Source: Candidatus Eiseniibacteriota bacterium | GTDB lineage: Bacteria > Eisenbacteria > RBG-16-71-46 > JABDJR01 | Reading direction: 5' to 3' | DNA: 64,000 bases | Assembly: GCA_963762255.1 (NCBI GenBank) | Contig: CAVXKA010000001.1 | Span: forward strand, 448,001-512,000 | Shown: in pieces, positions 59,734 to 64,000 of the stretch | Layout of the letters: each line of letters begins with the position of its first letter | Numbering within the stretch: position 1 is the first letter of the stretch | Translations under genes and position numbers: made by a program | Notes under the pieces: generated by a model | The model's input: only the letters and a program-made list of their open reading frames with translations | Databases searched by the model: none | What the model was told of the DNA's origin: nothing

Positions 59734-60855
59734 TTAGTGGTTCGGAACGGGATGACCCACGTCTCCCTCGTGCTTGTCCTCATGCTCGTGGTGAGGAAGA
59801 ACGAGGGCCATGTAGATCGTGCTGAGCAGCATGAAGACCAGCGCCTGGATGAGCGTGGTCAGCATGGCAAGGAAGATGAACGGGATGTGCAGGGGGAACC
59901 CGATGGGCAGATGGGTGAACGCGAGGATGGACACCCCGAGGCCGAGGAAGACCGCGATCAGCGTCTCCTCACCCATCATATTCCCGAAGAGTCGCAACGA
60001 GAGGCTGACCGGCTTGGCCAGCTCGCCCACGATGTGAAGCGGGAGCATGAGCGGCGTCATCGCCCAGCCCACCGGATCGCGCGGGTCCCCCGCCATGTGG
60101 CGCAGGTAGCCCACGATGCCACTGCGGCGGATCCCCTCGAACTGCACGTAGACGAACACCACCAGGGCCAGCGCGGCGGTGGTGCTCAAGATTGAAGTCG
60201 GCGTGAACATGAGCGGCACCAGTCCGAACACGTTCTGCGCGTAGATGTAGAGGAAAAGCGTGCCGAAGAACGGGACATAGCGGCCCTCCTCCGGTCCGAG
60301 AACGCCCTTGATGAAGTTGTCGAGGCCCTCGATCACCATCTCCACCAGGTTCTGGAGCTTACCCGGCATGAGCTGCATGGCGCGGGCCCCGCTGATGCAG
60401 ACCGTGCAGAGGAGGATGATGACGAAGAGGCTGAAGATGGGGGCCTGGAAGGTGACCAGGGTGCGGGCCGTCGGGCTCAAGTAGGCTTCGGTTGCGTGGG
60501 GGGTGCCGAGCGCGTCGCGTTCGGCCGGGCTCAGGTGCTTGTTGCGGTGGGCGTTCTCGATGATGTTGGCGGCCAGGGTCACCAGCGTGGGCGGATGAAC
60601 GGTGCCGCCTTCGTGCTCGGCGGGCGCATGCGCCGGCCCGTGCGCGGCGGGCGTCTCGTGAGATTCCGCCGTCTCCTGAACGACCGCGGGTTGATCCTCC
60701 TCGGCAAGAAGCAGAGGAGCTCCGAACATCAGAGCCACTCCGAGCACGAGCGCAGAGATCAGGAACGCGGGAGACGCGCTCACCGCTTTCCAGCGGCGGC
60801 GTGCGGCATCCATCCGCGAGGCCTCGTTGCGTGCTTCCATGATCTTCGCGTTCAC
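59734..60855 (-). CDS. atpB: ATP synthase subunit a with a long N-terminal extension
   Basis: PGKLQNLVE, KPVSLSLRLFGNM, IQALVF; GTG 60855 overlaps the atpI stop (start uncertain). Confidence 0.92.
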   Translation of the reverse strand: MNAKIMEARNEASRMDAARRRWKAVSASPAFLISALVLGVALMFGAPLLLAEEDQPAVVQETAESHETPAAHGPAHAPAEHEGGTVHPPTLVTLAANIIENAHRNKHLSPAERDALGTPHATEAYLSPTARTLVTFQAPIFSLFVIILLCTVCISGARAMQLMPGKLQNLVEMVIEGLDNFIKGVLGPEEGRYVPFFGTLFLYIYAQNVFGLVPLMFTPTSILSTTAALALVVFVYVQFEGIRRSGIVGYLRHMAGDPRDPVGWAMTPLMLPLHIVGELAKPVSLSLRLFGNMMGEETLIAVFLGLGVSILAFTHLPIGFPLHIPFIFLAMLTTLIQALVFMLLSTIYMALVLPHHEHEDKHEGDVGHPVPNH

Positions 60856-61289
60856 TCCGCGGGCCCCGATCGCCTCGACGCCGAGTCGTCGCCGGCGCCG
60901 GCCTTCGGCCACCAGATGGCCCCCAGCGAGCGCAACAGCACAACCGCGAGAGGCCAGGTGAATCCCGCCATCACTGCGATAGGCGGGAACCATTGTTGAA
61001 AGAGAACCCAAGCGCCGAGTCCGTAGAGGCCCACGACCTTGAGCGCCGCCCACCCCGCCACTCGCCCTTTGTGAATCCCTTCGCGGCTGGTGATCTCCCG
61101 CAAGAGAGCGGCGAGAACCGCGAAGTTGGCCAAGCTCCACAGCATCGCTGCGGTGAAGCCGGCGCCGGAACGCCATCCCCACGTCCACGCAACCCACAGT
61201 CCGATCAGAACCCCGGTGACAAGAGCAACGAGGCCCGTGCGGACAAGAAAGTTGGGCCCGCTTGTGCGTTCTTTCACAATCGATGTCAA
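60852..61289 (-). CDS. atpI: ATP synthase subunit I-like membrane protein
   Basis: Four hydrophobic helices directly before atpB. Confidence 0.65.
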   Translation of the reverse strand: MTSIVKERTSGPNFLVRTGLVALVTGVLIGLWVAWTWGWRSGAGFTAAMLWSLANFAVLAALLREITSREGIHKGRVAGWAALKVVGLYGLGAWVLFQQWFPPIAVMAGFTWPLAVVLLRSLGAIWWPKAGAGDDSASRRSGPAE

Positions 61290-61303
61290 GAAAAGGCCGC
61301 CCG

Positions 61304-61552
61304 CTAGTCCCTGGACACCTTGCGCAGGATCAGGACCGTCTCACGCACTCCCGCCGCAAACCCGATCGCCAGCATGACGAACGAGAACCAGGGCTCGGTG
61401 TGGAGCCGGCCGTCGATCCAGCGGCCGAGGTAGTACCCGACCAATGGTGACGCGGCCAGGAGCATCGGGATCGTGGTTAGCAACCCGAGCTGTCTGGCAA
61501 GCTGGTGTTTTTCGGATGGTTGGCCGCTGGGCGGCCCGTTCCTGGGAGGCAT
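61304..61552 (-). CDS. AtpZ/AtpI-family small membrane protein
   Basis: VGYYLGRWIDGRLHTEPW; first gene of the atp operon. Confidence 0.85.
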   Translation of the reverse strand: MPPRNGPPSGQPSEKHQLARQLGLLTTIPMLLAASPLVGYYLGRWIDGRLHTEPWFSFVMLAIGFAAGVRETVLILRKVSRD

Positions 61553-61594
61553 GTTCTCCCGGGGCTGAAGAGCCCCGCGGTTGGCCGAGCGCGC

Positions 61595-61623
61595 AATCTA
61601 GCCGAGAGGGAAAAGCGAGTCAA
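61595..61623 (-). promoter_or_regulatory. Sigma70-like promoter of the atp operon
   Basis: Minus strand TTGACT-17 bp-TAGATT. Confidence 0.6.
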
Positions 61624-61735
61624 GCGGTTTCCTTTGCAGGCGGTTGTGAGGCCGTCCCGACCGTCTTGACGGCGCGCTTCGACTCTGGAAGGATGCCGCC
61701 CGCGTCGCGATTCCTCGGGAAGGAGCCGAACACCT

Positions 61736-62626
61736 ATGCGTCGGTTAACACTCTATTTTGTAATGAGTTGCATCCTGCTTGCCGGGCCGGCACTGGCGCA
61801 GTCAGCGGACACCACCGTGACCTACGGCTGGGATCATTCGCTCGAGGCGGGACTCGGTTTCACGCAGACCAAGTTCGAGAACTATGCAAAGGGTGGTGAA
61901 AGTTCACTCACCTGGACGTCGTCTCTGGCCTACAAGGCGATCGAGCTTGGGCAGAAGCACGAGTGGAAGAGCGAAGTCGAGGCTCAGTTCGGGCAGACCC
62001 AACTGGGGGGTGGCGACCTGCGCAAGGCCGTCGACCGGATCCGGCTCGCATCCCTCAACACGTGGAAACTCGGGGAGGCGGTGGATCCCTACATCGGCGT
62101 CGAGGCTCGCACGCAGTTCGCCAAGGGCTACGCCTACTCGGCGGATGGCGGCGAGGTCCTGGTCAGCAGGTTCTTGAACCCGCTCGAACTCACCGAGCGG
62201 TTCGGCGGCAGCCGCACGCTGGGACCGGGTTTCGTCACCCGCCTCGGCGTGGCCTTCAACGAGTACATCGTCACCGACACCTACTTCGCCGCCATCGACA
62301 GCCCCGGCGTGAACATGCGCTACACGGACGATCCGGAGACGGCCAAGCGCGAGAAGTTCCGCCTCGACACCGGCATGGAGTCCGTCACCGAATACGAACG
62401 CAGCTTCGAGAACGACCGCTACAAGGTCAAGTCGTCGCTCAAGCTCTTCTCGAAGTTCGAGGACCTGTCGAAGATGAAGGTGGAGTGGAACAGCAAGTTC
62501 ACCGCCAACCTGATCTCGTTCGTGAACGTCATGCTGGAGACGGAGGTGCTCTACGACGAGGACATCGTCAAGCGCACGCAGCTCAAGGAAACCTTCTCGA
62601 TCGGGCTCTCGAAGACGTTCTTCTAG
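61736..62626 (+). CDS. DUF3078-like outer-membrane beta-barrel protein
   Basis: Signal peptide, TQTKFENYAKGGE, TQFAKGY, C-terminal FF. Confidence 0.75.
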   Translation: MRRLTLYFVMSCILLAGPALAQSADTTVTYGWDHSLEAGLGFTQTKFENYAKGGESSLTWTSSLAYKAIELGQKHEWKSEVEAQFGQTQLGGGDLRKAVDRIRLASLNTWKLGEAVDPYIGVEARTQFAKGYAYSADGGEVLVSRFLNPLELTERFGGSRTLGPGFVTRLGVAFNEYIVTDTYFAAIDSPGVNMRYTDDPETAKREKFRLDTGMESVTEYERSFENDRYKVKSSLKLFSKFEDLSKMKVEWNSKFTANLISFVNVMLETEVLYDEDIVKRTQLKETFSIGLSKTFF

Positions 62627-62706
62627 CCGCGGCGACCACCTTCCAGCGGCGGCGACCACCTGATGGCGCCCGCGGCTGCGTTCCAGCGCCCGCGGGCACA
62701 AAATGA

Positions 62707-62734
62707 GGAGGGGGCCGTCACGCCGGCCCCCTCC
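62707..62734. terminator. Hairpin terminator between convergent genes
   Basis: GGAGGGGGCCG-tcacgc-CGGCCCCCTCC; T-rich tail on the minus strand. Confidence 0.6.
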
Positions 62735-62820
62735 GATTCACCCCACATCCCCTACCACCCCCACAATTGTCTGCGTCGCCCGCCCGACACCGGGCGACCC
62801 CTCGCACCTCCATTGTTTGA

Positions 62821-64000
62821 CTAAGCCGTAGCCTCCGCTCCGCGCAGCATCGCCTCCACGAGAAGCGGATCGTGTTTGACTCCCGCCTCGACGCGCAGCA
62901 CGCGCAGTGCTTCCGCCGTGGAGAGGGCCGGACGGTGCGGTCGCGCGCTGGTGAGCGCGTCGAACGTGTCGGCCACCGCGATGATGCGTGCCTCGAAGGG
63001 AATGGTGTCCTCCCGCAGTCCGTGGGGGTACCCCGATCCGTCCCAGCGCTCGTGGTGGTGCCGCACCGCGTTGACGACGAGATCGGGCCAATCGGACTCG
63101 CCGAGAAGCTTCACGCTCTCCTCGGGGTGGCGGCGCACGATCTCCCAATCCGCCGCACTGAGCGGCCCCGGTGTCGCCCAGAGCCGCGCTTCCACTTCGA
63201 ACCGGCCGATATCGTGAAGCAGTCCGGCCAGCGTGAGCTGGGCCAACTCGTCGCCCTCGAACCCCACCCTGGCGCCGATCTCCTCGACCAGCCGCGCCAC
63301 CCGCTGGCTATGCCCGTGCAGATACGGATCCTTCGCCTCGAGATGCAGCACCAGCGTGCCTAGGGTATGCGCGGTCACCTTGCGCTCGGCGGCCCGCTGC
63401 TCCTGAGCGATGAGGGCCGGGACGAGGGCCGAGAGCAGGAAATGCCCGACGCGCAGCGTCTCTTCATCCGGAGCGCCGCCTCCCGGCGCTTCACCGATCA
63501 GAACGAGGCCGACCAGCCGGCCGCTCGATATCAAGGGAACGACGGCGGTGAAGCCTCCGGCGGCAAGCACGCCCAGCTCCAGGCGCAGCCCGGGTACGCG
63601 GGCGAGCCGATCCAGCACGAGCGGGCTGCCGGTCCCTTCGATGAAGGAGGCCAGTTCGCCCGCCATGTGAATGCGGACGCGCTCGGCGAGTCGCCCCGGC
63701 ACGCCCCATGTGGCGCGCGCAGTGAACCAGGTGCCGCCCGCATGCGAGGGAGTCAGGAGGGCCAGCCGCGCGACGGAGAGTTCGGCGCTCAAGTGCTTGA
63801 GCATCGCCAGACGGGTGGCGTCCACGTCCGCCGCGGGTTCGAGCCGCAGGTGAAAATCCACCGCCCGCTGCAGCAAGCCCACGTTGCGCTTGAGTTGACC
63901 GCGCAGCGACAGGATGTCGCGCTGCAGGGAGTCGGCGCGCGTCTCCACCGCGAGTTCTTGTTCGAGAAGCCTGCGGCTCTGCGCCCGACGCTCGACCGCG
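62821..64000 (-). CDS. GAF + HD-GYP domain phosphodiesterase (5' end outside window)
   Basis: GHSQRVA, LLHDIG, HHERWDGSGYPHGL, VADTFDAL. Confidence 0.9.
   Translation of the reverse strand, partial: AVERRAQSRRLLEQELAVETRADSLQRDILSLRGQLKRNVGLLQRAVDFHLRLEPAADVDATRLAMLKHLSAELSVARLALLTPSHAGGTWFTARATWGVPGRLAERVRIHMAGELASFIEGTGSPLVLDRLARVPGLRLELGVLAAGGFTAVVPLISSGRLVGLVLIGEAPGGGAPDEETLRVGHFLLSALVPALIAQEQRAAERKVTAHTLGTLVLHLEAKDPYLHGHSQRVARLVEEIGARVGFEGDELAQLTLAGLLHDIGRFEVEARLWATPGPLSAADWEIVRRHPEESVKLLGESDWPDLVVNAVRHHHERWDGSGYPHGLREDTIPFEARIIAVADTFDALTSARPHRPALSTAEALRVLRVEAGVKHDPLLVEAMLRGAEATA

Overview
High-GC diderm bacterial chromosome segment. Gene content and C-terminal 'TTWGxxKxxY' proteins suggest an FCB-group candidate lineage such as Eisenbacteria or Krumholzibacteriota (inference). 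The left flank (1-14.4 kb) holds a complete phosphate regulon locus (phoB-phoR-pstS-porin-pstC-pstA-pstB-phoU, with candidate Pho boxes), an MrfA/MrfB-like helicase-exonuclease pair, a secreted Cys-rich protein, a PLP trans-sulfuration enzyme and a lipoprotein. The middle (~14.9-43.5 kb) is a partly lower-GC accessory island bracketed by a bipartite inverted repeat (14882-14956 / 43448-43524). It carries defence cargo (DUF4062 protein, a coupled TM/beta-sandwich + beta-sandwich/HEPN-like pair, a Type IIG R-M fusion, an anti-phage dCTP deaminase with a coupled micro-ORF, a Panacea TA pair), two tyrosine recombinases, a large serine recombinase, a DUF3987 replication protein and an MTase-ParB-TerS-TerL module with no portal or capsid. 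It ends in an integrase-less integron cassette array (about 9 attC sites, nuclease-rich cassettes) whose attC family carries a conserved -10-like hexamer. The right flank (43.5-64 kb) has a second WGxxK-tail protein, a fatty-acid uptake cluster (GDSL lipoprotein, FadL, FadD), response regulators, tsaD, a full F1Fo ATP synthase operon, a DUF3078 barrel and a partial HD-GYP protein. Single-base frameshifts in atpC and atpH point to assembly indel errors, so frameshifts in island genes should not be read as decay. All family calls are by eye, with no database searches run.
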